Source of the DNA: Candidatus Melainabacteria bacterium 17Bon1m
Lineage (GTDB): Bacteria > Cyanobacteriota > Vampirovibrionia > Obscuribacterales > Obscuribacteraceae
NCBI GenBank assembly: GCA_032128875.1
Contig: JAVLKG010000005.1
Span: 96,001 to 160,000, forward strand
Reading direction: 5' to 3'
Length of the DNA: 64,000 nt
Notes under the pieces: model-generated
Seen by the model: only the letters and a program-made list of their open reading frames with translations
Database searches by the model: none
What the model was told of the DNA's origin: nothing
Shown: positions 48,523-57,397 of the stretch, one piece after another
Layout: each line of letters begins with the position of its first letter
Numbering within the stretch: the first letter of the stretch is position 1
Translations under genes and position numbers: made by a program

Positions 48523-49224
48523 CTATGTCCGGAACTGCTTGTCCAGCTGTTCGAGCTGAAGCTTGTATGCGGCATCAACGCCCAGATGACCGGCGATGCG
48601 CTCGGCTACGAGTTCGAAGCGGCGTTGAGCCTTCCTCGTTTTCGTGTGCTTCAAGCGTGCCGCGTCTTCGTGGCGCTTCAGCTTCTCTTCGCCAATCTTC
48701 GAGCGCTCTGCGTTGATGGGAGCCCGCATCTGCTTTTGCAGTTCGGGCATCGCAGCTCGAAGAGCCGTGTTTGCGTCATCGACGGCTTGGCGTGCGGAGA
48801 CGACAGCATCCGAATCAGCCGCGGCGCCTGTAGACTGCAGCACTTGCAGCGCTTTTGCGGCAGTCTGGTACGCGTCCTGGTAAGGCTTCATTCCGGCGTC
48901 GTAGACCGAAGCCGAGTCTTTGTTGACTTTGAGCCAGGCGTCGATTTCGCTGCGGATGTCGGCGATTGCCTCGTCGAACTCAGCATCGACACCCTTCACC
49001 TCTTCGATGTAAACGGCGCGAGCCGCTTTCACTACGTCGGCGTCGGCATCGGCTCGCCCGGATTTTGCTTTCTTTCCGCAGTTCTGGCACTTGTCCTTCT
49101 CGACAGCACAGCAGGTGCAGTATTTGAACGCTGAGTAAGTGTCGAGCGTACAGCCCTTGCATTTGTGAGCCGAGGCTTGTAAGGCGTCTACTTTCCTTTC
49201 GCACTCTTGGCAGAGAAAGTGCAT
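48523..49224 (-). CDS. Cys-rich Zn-finger (CRIPT-like spacing) fused to a coiled coil
   Basis: CQEC...CKGC...YCTCCA...CQNCG followed by a long Ala-rich helix. GAGGA RBS before ATG 49224. Confidence 0.75.
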   Translation of the reverse strand: MHFLCQECERKVDALQASAHKCKGCTLDTYSAFKYCTCCAVEKDKCQNCGKKAKSGRADADADVVKAARAVYIEEVKGVDAEFDEAIADIRSEIDAWLKVNKDSASVYDAGMKPYQDAYQTAAKALQVLQSTGAAADSDAVVSARQAVDDANTALRAAMPELQKQMRAPINAERSKIGEEKLKRHEDAARLKHTKTRKAQRRFELVAERIAGHLGVDAAYKLQLEQLDKQFRT

Positions 49225-49327
49225 TTCGTTGGTCCTCTTTATTTTCATCAGGTTGGACTCAGCCTTCCTGTCTTTGCCTTTTGGAGATGGACAGCTCAGT
49301 CGCCATCCATCTCCGGTTTGTCGCGAC

Positions 49328-49831
49328 TTACTTGTCGGTCGCCGTGGTCGCAGGGGCGGCAGCCGTAATTGGTGCAGGCTTGGTCGCCCGCACGGTGAGA
49401 ACGACCCGCTTGGACGGGTCGATCAGCGTGCCGACTTCGTGACCCTTGCGCAGTGCGCCGGCTACGACCGAGTCGATGACGGTACGCTTGTACGGCGTCA
49501 CGTCGAGCTGAATCGGCTCCTCGCCGGCTTCTACCAGCAGCGCCTGCACGGACTTGCCGAGATAGCGCGACTGCTTGTGGTGGTCGATGAAGTCATCCAG
49601 CAACTTGGCGAACATCTGCCCGAACCAGGCGCCGAGGAAAACCGCAGCGGCGATGGACAGATCTTTGAGCACGAACCACGAGTAAGCACCCGTGGCGGCG
49701 AGCGCCAGGAAGATGACGATGTAGATGACGGCGCGTTTGGAGCGTCCCCAGTTCGTCCAGTCCAGAAGGAGCAGGAGGAAAGTGACGCCGGCTGCTGCGC
49801 CGAGCGCAATCAGCATTGTGACGGGATCCAT
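49328..49831 (-). CDS. Hypothetical membrane protein
   Basis: GAGG RBS before ATG 49831; three TM helices plus a soluble tail. Confidence 0.7.
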   Translation of the reverse strand: MDPVTMLIALGAAAGVTFLLLLLDWTNWGRSKRAVIYIVIFLALAATGAYSWFVLKDLSIAAAVFLGAWFGQMFAKLLDDFIDHHKQSRYLGKSVQALLVEAGEEPIQLDVTPYKRTVIDSVVAGALRKGHEVGTLIDPSKRVVLTVRATKPAPITAAAPATTATDK

Positions 49832-49966
49832 GTGGACCTCTCTCTTTGTGTTGCGTTGATGGCGTCGGCATCTCGAGTTTCGCAATCGCGAGCTGACATG
49901 CGACGTCGAGGTATCGCCAACCGGCGATACTCATCGGCGATCGTTGTAAGTGTCCATCCTTCTCGC

Positions 49967-50053
49967 TTAGAGTGCGATCAGAACATAGACAATCATGGCG
50001 AAGGAGAGCCAGAAGAGAATCTGGCCTGCAATCTTGTTTCGCTTCACGGGCAT
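49967..50053 (-). CDS. Candidate 28-aa single-TM peptide
   Basis: MPVKRNKIAGQILFWLSFAMIVYVLIAL; only a weak RBS. Confidence 0.35.
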   Translation of the reverse strand: MPVKRNKIAGQILFWLSFAMIVYVLIAL

Positions 50054-50401
50054 TTCCCCGATTGCGCGCTGTTTCACTGGCGCGCTTCTGTTATTCGGCG
50101 ATGGCCGGCTACTCTGCGCCATGCAAAGTCCGGCGAAGCGAAGAACGCAGCGAGTTTTTCCGCTGTGCGCTTTCAAACTGCTGCAGGCAGCAGTTGCCAC
50201 CATCCATCGACGTTTTGGTCGATGACGACATTGTCCCTTGCGAGGCAATGACGTCATCGACCAGCCTGCGTCGAGTATCTGTAACTGCGCATGCCAGCCG
50301 CCAGCGACGAAAAGATGTCGTTGGCGGCCCGTCTTTGTCTTGTTCAAGTTTGAACTCTGAACTGATGAACGCTTAGATAAGTTTCGACGCGCGTTTCGAA
50401 C

Positions 50402-51700
50402 TTACTCGAAAAGCTCGTGAATCAACTTTGGCGCAGTCACGGGCTCGGCGCTGTAACCGAAAGCTCTGGCTAACCACGTGACAGTTTCGTCAGCTGTTGC
50501 AGCCTCGTCCGTATGAATTGTCGCGACAACCTGGCCCGCTTTCACCTCATCGCCGACCTTGACGGTAACGACAATGCCGGCACCATGATTGATACCGCCA
50601 TCCGGTCTGTTGGACAGAGACTTGGATACAAGGGCAACTTTCATCGCATCGACGGATTTGACGAAGCCTCCCTTCGGCGCCTTAACTTCCACGCGATGTG
50701 CCGAACGCGGCAACAAGTCCGGGTCGTCGATGATGCGCTCATCTCCGCCCTGGCAGACGATCAGTTCGCTGAATTTCTCGAGCGCCTGCCCGTTGTCGAG
50801 CCGGCTTTCCAGAAGCGCAACAGCGTGATCGCGGTTCTGGCAGCGCCCAGATTTTACGAGTGCCAGAGAACCAAGGAAGATGCAGAGTTCGCGTAGGTCC
50901 GCAGGACCTTTGCCTTTGAGCGTTTCCACTGCTTCAAGAACTTCCAGGCTGTGCCCCACTGCAAAACCGAGCGGCTGGTCCATGTTCGACACGACGGCGA
51001 CAGTCGGCTTGTTCAGCCGCTTGCCGATCTCGACCATGGTCTGAGCAATTGCGCGAGCACGCTCTTCTGTGTCCATGAAAGCACCGCGTCCGGTCTTCAC
51101 ATCCAGGATAATCAAATTGGCGCCGGCTGCGAGTTTCTTGCACATGACGGACGCCGAGCCCAGACCATTGTGGTCGACCGTAGCCGTCTCGTTGCGCAAC
51201 TTGTACAGTTTTCCGTCAGCCGGAGCGAAGTCGGTTGTGGTACTGCCGATGGCGGCACCGATTTTCTTCACTTGCATGACGAACTCAGCTTGCGACAGGT
51301 TGACGTTGAAGCCTGGAATAGCTTCCAACTTGTCCAGTGTGCCGCCCGTATGCTCAAGCCCACGACCGGAAAGCTTCGCCATCGGCACGCCGGCGGAGGC
51401 GAGAAGTGGCACAAGAACCAGCGTCGTCTTATCGCCGACACCGCCTGTGCTGTGCTTGTCGCAGACAATTTCGCCGATTTCGCTCAAGTCGAGAACCTTG
51501 CCCGAGCGAGTCATGAAATCAGTAAGAGCGGTAGTTTCGTCGATATCCAGCCCTTTGAGATACGCAGCCATCAGCCACGCGGTCAGCTGGTAGTCCTTGA
51601 TGGAGCCATTCATAAGCCCGGCAATGATCCTGCCGATGTCTTCGGCGGAATGCGCTTTGCCGTTACGCTTGGCGGCAATCAAGTCAGTTATCTTGTCCAT
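50402..51700 (-). CDS. pdp: Pyrimidine-nucleoside (thymidine) phosphorylase
   Basis: DKHSTGGVGDKTT, KLSGRGLEHTGGTLDKLEAIPG, APADGKLY, DVKTGRGAFM. Confidence 0.93.
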   Translation of the reverse strand: MDKITDLIAAKRNGKAHSAEDIGRIIAGLMNGSIKDYQLTAWLMAAYLKGLDIDETTALTDFMTRSGKVLDLSEIGEIVCDKHSTGGVGDKTTLVLVPLLASAGVPMAKLSGRGLEHTGGTLDKLEAIPGFNVNLSQAEFVMQVKKIGAAIGSTTTDFAPADGKLYKLRNETATVDHNGLGSASVMCKKLAAGANLIILDVKTGRGAFMDTEERARAIAQTMVEIGKRLNKPTVAVVSNMDQPLGFAVGHSLEVLEAVETLKGKGPADLRELCIFLGSLALVKSGRCQNRDHAVALLESRLDNGQALEKFSELIVCQGGDERIIDDPDLLPRSAHRVEVKAPKGGFVKSVDAMKVALVSKSLSNRPDGGINHGAGIVVTVKVGDEVKAGQVVATIHTDEAATADETVTWLARAFGYSAEPVTAPKLIHELFE

Positions 51701-52784
51701 AGTTCGGTCCTTTCTGAAACTATGAATTCAGATGCGTTTCATAAGACTCAGCCTGTAAAACGTTAACGAGCTGACATTGGAATTTATCACGTTGAACATT
51801 AGCTTGGTTTCAGATGGAGCTGAGTGGGCTTTTTCGAGCCTAGCCGTTCCAACAGTGAAAATCCCATTTCGCGCTATTTCCATGTTCCAAATTGTCCTCC
51901 CCTGCAACAGACCGTGCTCCAACCAGCGGCGTAGGGCCGGGAAGGAAACAGGGAAGAATGACCAAATGTTTGTATTTGGCTTGAGGAAGAAGGACGAATA
52001 GGGAAGTTGTAGATACCTTCGGGATATCACATGAAATAAGAGCTGAAATAGTAAAGTGACGCTTTACAACATGCTTTACTTCGCTTAAAACCTTAGCGCG
52101 CGCGAGTCTTTGAGACTTCTTCCATCCTCGCCCGCGCGGGCAGAACTACGTGCGCGCGTCTGGCTTCTTGCTTTTTCTGTTACTGAGGGACCGGAGGAAT
52201 GATCCTACTCTCTGCTAGATGCGCTAGATTAGCCAATTCTTCAAAAGTGCGTGATGAGACAAGCTTTGTTTGCTCGGCTCGGATTGGTTTCTCAAAACGT
52301 TTACCCAGTGGTCTAGATTGTCCGATTTGTCGATTTGTTCGAGCCTTAGACTATCGCAGCCGCATGAACCAATTTTTGCGCAGCGGTGGCAAGTTTTTTC
52401 CGTAGTTCTATCGGGAAAAACTTGCCTGTTTGAAGTTTCAGTTTCAAGACGGAAGGCCTGTCAGCTTTTGGGAGCGAAAACATCCACCGGCTCAGAGAAG
52501 TAACTGGTTGTAAAGGGGGTTTGTGAAGCCCAAGTTTATATGTTCCAGAAGAAGGTTTTGGTAGCAAAAAGTATCTTCTATTGCTCTCTTCATTCTTCGG
52601 CTAAACGACCTCCAAAACCAAATACAGAGTTCCTATCTCAGGCCTCTACGACGCAGCGAAAGCTGTGTTGTCGGTTACGGAGTTGTGTTGGAGTCGCAGA
52701 TGGATAGCGCGATGTGTGGTCGCCTGGTGGAAATGATTTCGCCAGGTGGATATGTCAAACAATCCTGAAACGGAGAAAGATACT

Positions 52785-53384
52785 ATGACGTTTTCCATCG
52801 TTGTACCTACCTCGAGCGTGATTGCTGTGTCTGCGGACGACGCCTACAAGGCGTGGGTCATCGAGCAGAACGGCAAGCACAAGGGGCGTCTCACGCTGGT
52901 CGGCGGCAAGGTGATCATGCCCGAGCAAACGCACGAACAGTGCGCGCTCGAGGAATGGGACCAGGAAGCCGGCGGCAAGGGCGCCAAGCTGCACGACGTG
53001 AAGTTGTGGGCCGTGAAAACCGACGCGCATTCGGACGTTCGTCAAGCGACGCTCGGCAAGCTCACTCATGACCTGTGCCCTGAGTCGCTGCGTGCCACTG
53101 TGGTGACCGGCCACTACGGCTGCCCGGATTATCTCTATCTGGCGAAGGTCGAGGGCGAGCCCTTTCCCTTCGACGGCGAAGCCAAGTCGTGCAAGCTGAT
53201 CGACGTGCGTGATGTGCCCTGGACCGAGACCGAAGCCGAGAGCCGCTATGGCGCTCAGCACGACCTCATCCTCATGGTCTATCGCCTCTGGCTCGCCGGT
53301 CGCCCTGTGGACGTCAGCGACTTCACGGACTTCCGCGCTCTGCGCGCCAAGCTCCGCGATTTGCTGGCCAACCTCAAGGACTGA
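52785..53384 (+). CDS. NUDIX-fold hydrolase
   Basis: Variant Nudix box GGKVIMPEQTHEQCALEEWDQEAG. GGAG RBS before ATG 52785. Confidence 0.7.
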   Translation: MTFSIVVPTSSVIAVSADDAYKAWVIEQNGKHKGRLTLVGGKVIMPEQTHEQCALEEWDQEAGGKGAKLHDVKLWAVKTDAHSDVRQATLGKLTHDLCPESLRATVVTGHYGCPDYLYLAKVEGEPFPFDGEAKSCKLIDVRDVPWTETEAESRYGAQHDLILMVYRLWLAGRPVDVSDFTDFRALRAKLRDLLANLKD

Positions 53385-53464
53385 CCGGCGGACATGCCAC
53401 CAAGAATGGTGCCGCGTGTTAAGCAGCACCACCCATAAACCTCATAAGATATAACGGAGTTAGT

Positions 53465-54160
53465 ATGTCCAAACTTTTGGATAATACTCATGCGACCAGG
53501 CTCGATGACCACCTGGATCGCGTGATGCAGAACGCGCAGCATTTGCAGCGTGTTCTCAGCACATTGAAAGGCATCGGGCCGCAGGGGACTTTCCTCGGCT
53601 CGCGAAAACTTGGTCCGGAGTCGCTCGAGTATCGTTGGTTGGCAGACGTCTCCAAGCAACTGGCTTTGACCGGCATTGCCCTGAAAACCGGCGGTGGACC
53701 TGGTCTGATGGAAGCTCCTCACAAGGGCTGCCTCGACGCCGGCCGTCTCGACCGAGCGGTCGCTGTTTGCGCGGACTTCCTGGCGACGGAAGAAGACATC
53801 AATCCGTACGTGGTCCAAGGTGGTCACGTGTTCAAGATGCCGGATTTCAATTCTCGGCATGATGGGCTCTTCTTCGGCTCGATGTTCCATGGCGTCCTCT
53901 GGGGCCGTCTGGGCACCATTCACGAGCTCTACGACCTGCTCAATCGGCTCAAGCACGGACTTCTGGCCGGTGCGCCCGTCTACTTCCTGGAGCGTGACGG
54001 CTACTGGTCGCAGAAGAAGGACTTTCTGACGCAGTCCCTGGGCGAAGAATTGGGACCGCGCATCAGTCCTGAAGACTATGACACGACGAAGATCGTGAAT
54101 ATCACCGAAGTGACGCCGGAGCAATTCGTGCGAACGCTATTGCGTGATATCGGCTTCTAG
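53465..54160 (+). CDS. LOG/SLOG-family nucleotide phosphoribohydrolase-like protein
   Basis: FLGS, TGGGPGLMEA, conserved R, variant motif WGRLGTIHEL (canonical PGGxGTxxE). Confidence 0.82.
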   Translation: MSKLLDNTHATRLDDHLDRVMQNAQHLQRVLSTLKGIGPQGTFLGSRKLGPESLEYRWLADVSKQLALTGIALKTGGGPGLMEAPHKGCLDAGRLDRAVAVCADFLATEEDINPYVVQGGHVFKMPDFNSRHDGLFFGSMFHGVLWGRLGTIHELYDLLNRLKHGLLAGAPVYFLERDGYWSQKKDFLTQSLGEELGPRISPEDYDTTKIVNITEVTPEQFVRTLLRDIGF

Positions 54161-54218
54161 GCGTCGAAGAATTATGTGATGCCATGATTCGAAACCGGCT
54201 GTTGGATGCAGCCAACAT

Positions 54219-54298
54219 GCCCCCACCGAAGGCGGTCGCCTGGCGGAAAACTGCAAAGTTTACTGCCAGGTGGATGGGTTCGATTCCCATCGGGGGCG
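54219..54298 (+). ncRNA. Non-canonical tRNA-like cloverleaf (GCA in loop); pseudo-tRNA or novel RNA
   Basis: Acceptor GCCCCC/GGGGGC, hairpin ACCG-AAGG-CGGT, long arm CCTGGCGG...CTGCAAA...CTGCCAGG, T-arm GATGGG-TTCGATT-CCCATC. No encoded CCA. Confidence 0.6.
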
Positions 54299-54319
54299 CT
54301 GCTGTGTTGAGTCAAACTT

Positions 54320-54360
54320 GAAAAATCGGGGCGGGCAGCCGCTCTTCTCCGATTTTTCCT
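54320..54360 (+). terminator. Terminator-like hairpin after the tRNA-like element
   Basis: GAAAAATCGG...CCGATTTTTC. Confidence 0.45.
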
Positions 54361-54494
54361 TGAGCCGCGTTTGTACTATGGCATATCAGAGACATTTTTT
54401 TGCTTCGATTTGAACTTTTTGTGCGCACTCTACGTACTTGAAGATAGGGGCGGTGGCGCGCCCCGGAATCCGCAAAGGGGGCTTCAGTGCTCCA

Positions 54495-54543
54495 TTTTGT
54501 CTCTTATGTATTCGTCCGAAAAATTTCAAATTTTTCGGACGAA
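54495..54543 (-). repeat. Dispersed 27-bp palindrome + N12 + GACAAAA, copy D
   Basis: TTCGTCCGAAAAATTT-C-AAATTTTTCGGACGAA at 54511-54543 (16-bp arms); TTTTGTC at 54495-54501. Confidence 0.9.
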
Positions 54544-54566
54544 AATTTAAAACCAGGAGGTGCATT

Positions 54567-55448
54567 ATGGGAGTTTTTAGCAGATGTCGAAAGTACGTAA
54601 ACGAGCTGCCCAAGCAGCAAATCTTTGTTACAAGAGAGCTTCTGACCTATGGCTGTCGCGATGCAGTGGATAAGTGTGTGCAGGGAATGGTGCGCAGGGG
54701 TTTCATTGTGAGATTGGCTCGAGGAGTCTTTATACGTAACGATGCTGATTTGAAGGAACCAACAATTATTCAAATTGCAGAAGCTAAAGCCAGAGCATTT
54801 TCAAAGCACTTACTGCCTTCAAAAGTCGCTCAAGCAGCTGCTTTGGGGTTGGAAAAACCACCGAAGCCGAAAAAGAAGAAGGTGAAAGTGGCCAAGAAAG
54901 TCTTTCCGCCTGCTACTGCTACGTTTTCAGTGTTGGGTACTACAAGCATGTTTTTTACGATTCATGGATACGTAAAGCTTGAACACGTATCCGCAAGAAA
55001 GTTTTTTGTGGCGCAGCATGAACTTGGCAAAATGCTCACAGGTATTTGGCACGCCAGCGCAGAAGCGGTTTTCAGCTTTCCAAGGTTGTTGTCGAAGGCG
55101 AATTTCTCTGTTGAAGAATATAAGAAGCTCAGACAGCTTGCGGCCTGGGTTCCTGAATGGGTTCACGAATACTTCCGCTCAGAACATGATTCGCTTCTCG
55201 TGCACGTCCCGTGGCGTCTTTATCCGTTTACAGGTGTGCAATTTCCTGACGTCTTTTTCAACAAGAAGGAAAAAGGCGTTTTGGAGCAGAATGCTATATA
55301 TCTACTTGGCACCGAAGGTGGTGCGAATGAATTACCCGGAGGAAGTCATGGTGCGCGAGATTCGCGACGTCTGCTAGGTCTGCTAACTGCGTGTTTTTGG
55401 AGTGAGCACAAATTCAATTTTGGATCGGATCACTTTTCATCGTCGTAA
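54567..55448 (+). CDS. DUF6088/AbiEi-like winged-helix protein
   Basis: AGGAGG RBS before ATG 54567. N-terminal IFVTRELLTYGCRDAVDK...GFIVRLARGVF pattern. Confidence 0.72.
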   Translation: MGVFSRCRKYVNELPKQQIFVTRELLTYGCRDAVDKCVQGMVRRGFIVRLARGVFIRNDADLKEPTIIQIAEAKARAFSKHLLPSKVAQAAALGLEKPPKPKKKKVKVAKKVFPPATATFSVLGTTSMFFTIHGYVKLEHVSARKFFVAQHELGKMLTGIWHASAEAVFSFPRLLSKANFSVEEYKKLRQLAAWVPEWVHEYFRSEHDSLLVHVPWRLYPFTGVQFPDVFFNKKEKGVLEQNAIYLLGTEGGANELPGGSHGARDSRRLLGLLTACFWSEHKFNFGSDHFSSS

Positions 55449-55777
55449 ACAGCTTGAACTATGAGAAAAAACGCTGCTTTGCAAGCGTGGGCTGCTGGGC
55501 GTAGAGCTCTTCATCCGAGACTTCTAAAAGTTATAGCTTCTAAACCTATTTCTTTCTTCCTCAAGTCCTAAACCAAATCCCAAAAGAACATAAGCACGTG
55601 CATCCCGAAACTTAATCAGCCTCTCAAGGCTGTGCACGGGTTGTTCGTCATGTCTTGTCGCGGTGGAAATGCGCCCCCTGTGAAGCTTTTGCAGATGGCG
55701 CTGTTCAGGCATATCAAAAATCTCTCGTCTTGAACTTCTCGGCAATCACGCCTTGAAGAGACTTTTGGGGCCCCGTC

Positions 55778-57202
55778 ATGAAGAGAAAATCTGGTTCGTC
55801 TCCCGGTGCCAAGCCGGTTGGCGTCAACAAAGCGCGCATAAGTTCTCTGCGCGGTGAATCTCCTTTTGTCATCAAGCCGCTACTCCAATTCGCTCCCGAG
55901 GCGGAAAAGGACGGCAGTGTGACTATCGAGCTGGTCTGGATTGCTCACTTGAAGCGCAGTCTCTGGAAAGTGGAATACCTCGCTGAGGGTGCCACTTCTT
56001 GGACTGTTTGCGAAGTTGAGAAAGTCGACAGCGTTAATATCAAAGACAACGAGTTCAAGCGCTTCCGGGCATCCTTTAAGGGTTTGAAAGCTGGAAGCGC
56101 TTTCGAGTATCGGGTTTTATTGGCTGAACAGCAAGTCTTCGCCGCAGCAGCGAAAACGCCGCCCGACAAAGGTTCTCGGACCACTGTCGCGTTGTTCGGT
56201 GACTTTGCTGACGGCGATCCTGAGGCGACGAAAGTTGCAAAAGGCGCATACGGAGCGAATCCCGACCTGGTCGTTTTGGCTGGCGACGTTGTCTACAACA
56301 ACGGACTCTACGGAGAATATCGCAAGCACTTTGACCCCGTCTACAACGGCGACGGCGAACGAGGTGCTCCGATCGGTCGTTCTGTAGTGACTGCAGCGGT
56401 CCCGGGAAATCATGATGTACGTGTGCCGGATCGATTCGACTTCATACAGCATGCCTCGGATGCAGACCTTTTTGCATTCTTCCGAATCTTTCGTCACCCG
56501 GATAACGGCCCGAAGCTGGATACTAAGACCGTCACGAAAATGGTTGAACGTGACCGCGACGGTCGAAAGCTGTTGGGTCTCTACGGACCAGACTTCATTC
56601 GTCTGTCCAACTACTACTTCCGGCAAGGCGACAGCTTTTGGGTCATGCTCGATGCCAACGAGTACATGGACTGGCGCCTTCCTGAGCTGCAAGAGTGGCT
56701 TGAGAAAACCCTGGAAAAGGGCGCTGACTGCACTTGGAAGTTCGTTTGCTTCCATCAGCCTGGCTTCAACAGTGATGCGAAGTATAAGACAGACACGCGT
56801 ATGCGTGTCTTGTCGCCCATCTTTGAAGACTTTGGTGTAGACATCGTTTTCAACGGGCACTGCCACTTCTATGAGCGGAGCTATCCCCTCAAGTACAAGC
56901 TAAAGTCTGGAAAAGCCGGACGTAAGCTCAATCCAGAGGGCAAGATGGTTCTCGACAAAATATTTGATGGCACCGAGAACAAAAGACCTCAAGGCGTAAT
57001 CTACATCGTTTCCGGCGCAGGCGGGCTTCTCGTCTCGCACGACATGCGTCCCTCCTCGCGCGGAACGGTTGAATCCAGCTTCAAGATTGGGGATCGCACA
57101 AACTCGTTCACTGTGTTATCGCTGGAAGGTAAAACCCTTCTGCTGCGCCAGGTTGGGACCGCTGGCGAAGAAGTGGACAAATTTGAAATCGATAAGACCT
57201 AA
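55778..57202 (+). CDS. Purple-acid-phosphatase-like metallophosphoesterase with Fn3-like N-domain
   Basis: FGD, AGDVVY, PGNHD, FHQP, GHCHFYERS, YIVSGAGG. Confidence 0.9.
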   Translation: MKRKSGSSPGAKPVGVNKARISSLRGESPFVIKPLLQFAPEAEKDGSVTIELVWIAHLKRSLWKVEYLAEGATSWTVCEVEKVDSVNIKDNEFKRFRASFKGLKAGSAFEYRVLLAEQQVFAAAAKTPPDKGSRTTVALFGDFADGDPEATKVAKGAYGANPDLVVLAGDVVYNNGLYGEYRKHFDPVYNGDGERGAPIGRSVVTAAVPGNHDVRVPDRFDFIQHASDADLFAFFRIFRHPDNGPKLDTKTVTKMVERDRDGRKLLGLYGPDFIRLSNYYFRQGDSFWVMLDANEYMDWRLPELQEWLEKTLEKGADCTWKFVCFHQPGFNSDAKYKTDTRMRVLSPIFEDFGVDIVFNGHCHFYERSYPLKYKLKSGKAGRKLNPEGKMVLDKIFDGTENKRPQGVIYIVSGAGGLLVSHDMRPSSRGTVESSFKIGDRTNSFTVLSLEGKTLLLRQVGTAGEEVDKFEIDKT

Positions 57203-57208
57203 GTTCTC

Positions 57209-57249
57209 ATGCGTGTTGCAGACATTGGCGCTGCAACACGCATTTTTTC
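57209..57249 (+). terminator. Intrinsic terminator
   Basis: ATGCGTGTTGCAG-N9-CTGCAACACGCAT-TTTTT directly after the stop at 57202. Confidence 0.75.
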
Positions 57250-57269
57250 GTTTTGCAGATATTATATTG

Positions 57270-57320
57270 CTTAGTAAATAACTCCGAAAAATTCAGAATT
57301 TTTCGGAGTTATTTACTAAG
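57270..57320. repeat. Dispersed palindrome, copy E (51 bp, perfect 25-bp arms)
   Basis: CTTAGTAAATAACTCCGAAAAATTC-A-GAATTTTTCGGAGTTATTTACTAAG. Confidence 0.92.
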
Positions 57321-57397
57321 GCCATTTTTCTCAAAAGTGATTTTGTAGTCTTCCTTGCGCCCCGCACGCAGTGGCTTTCCTGGCGCTCTATAGCGGT

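Noticed and set aside
54219..54298. Ordinary tRNA-Cys(GCA)
   Set aside because: Anticodon arm too long, D-arm and linker non-standard, discriminator G rather than U; reported as tRNA-like instead.
43249..54330. 13-bp inverted match (CCCGATTTTTCAA at 43249 and TTGAAAAATCGGG at 54318) as terminal repeats of an 11-kb transposon
   Set aside because: Short and low in complexity, the right copy is part of a local hairpin, and no transposase or target duplication was seen.
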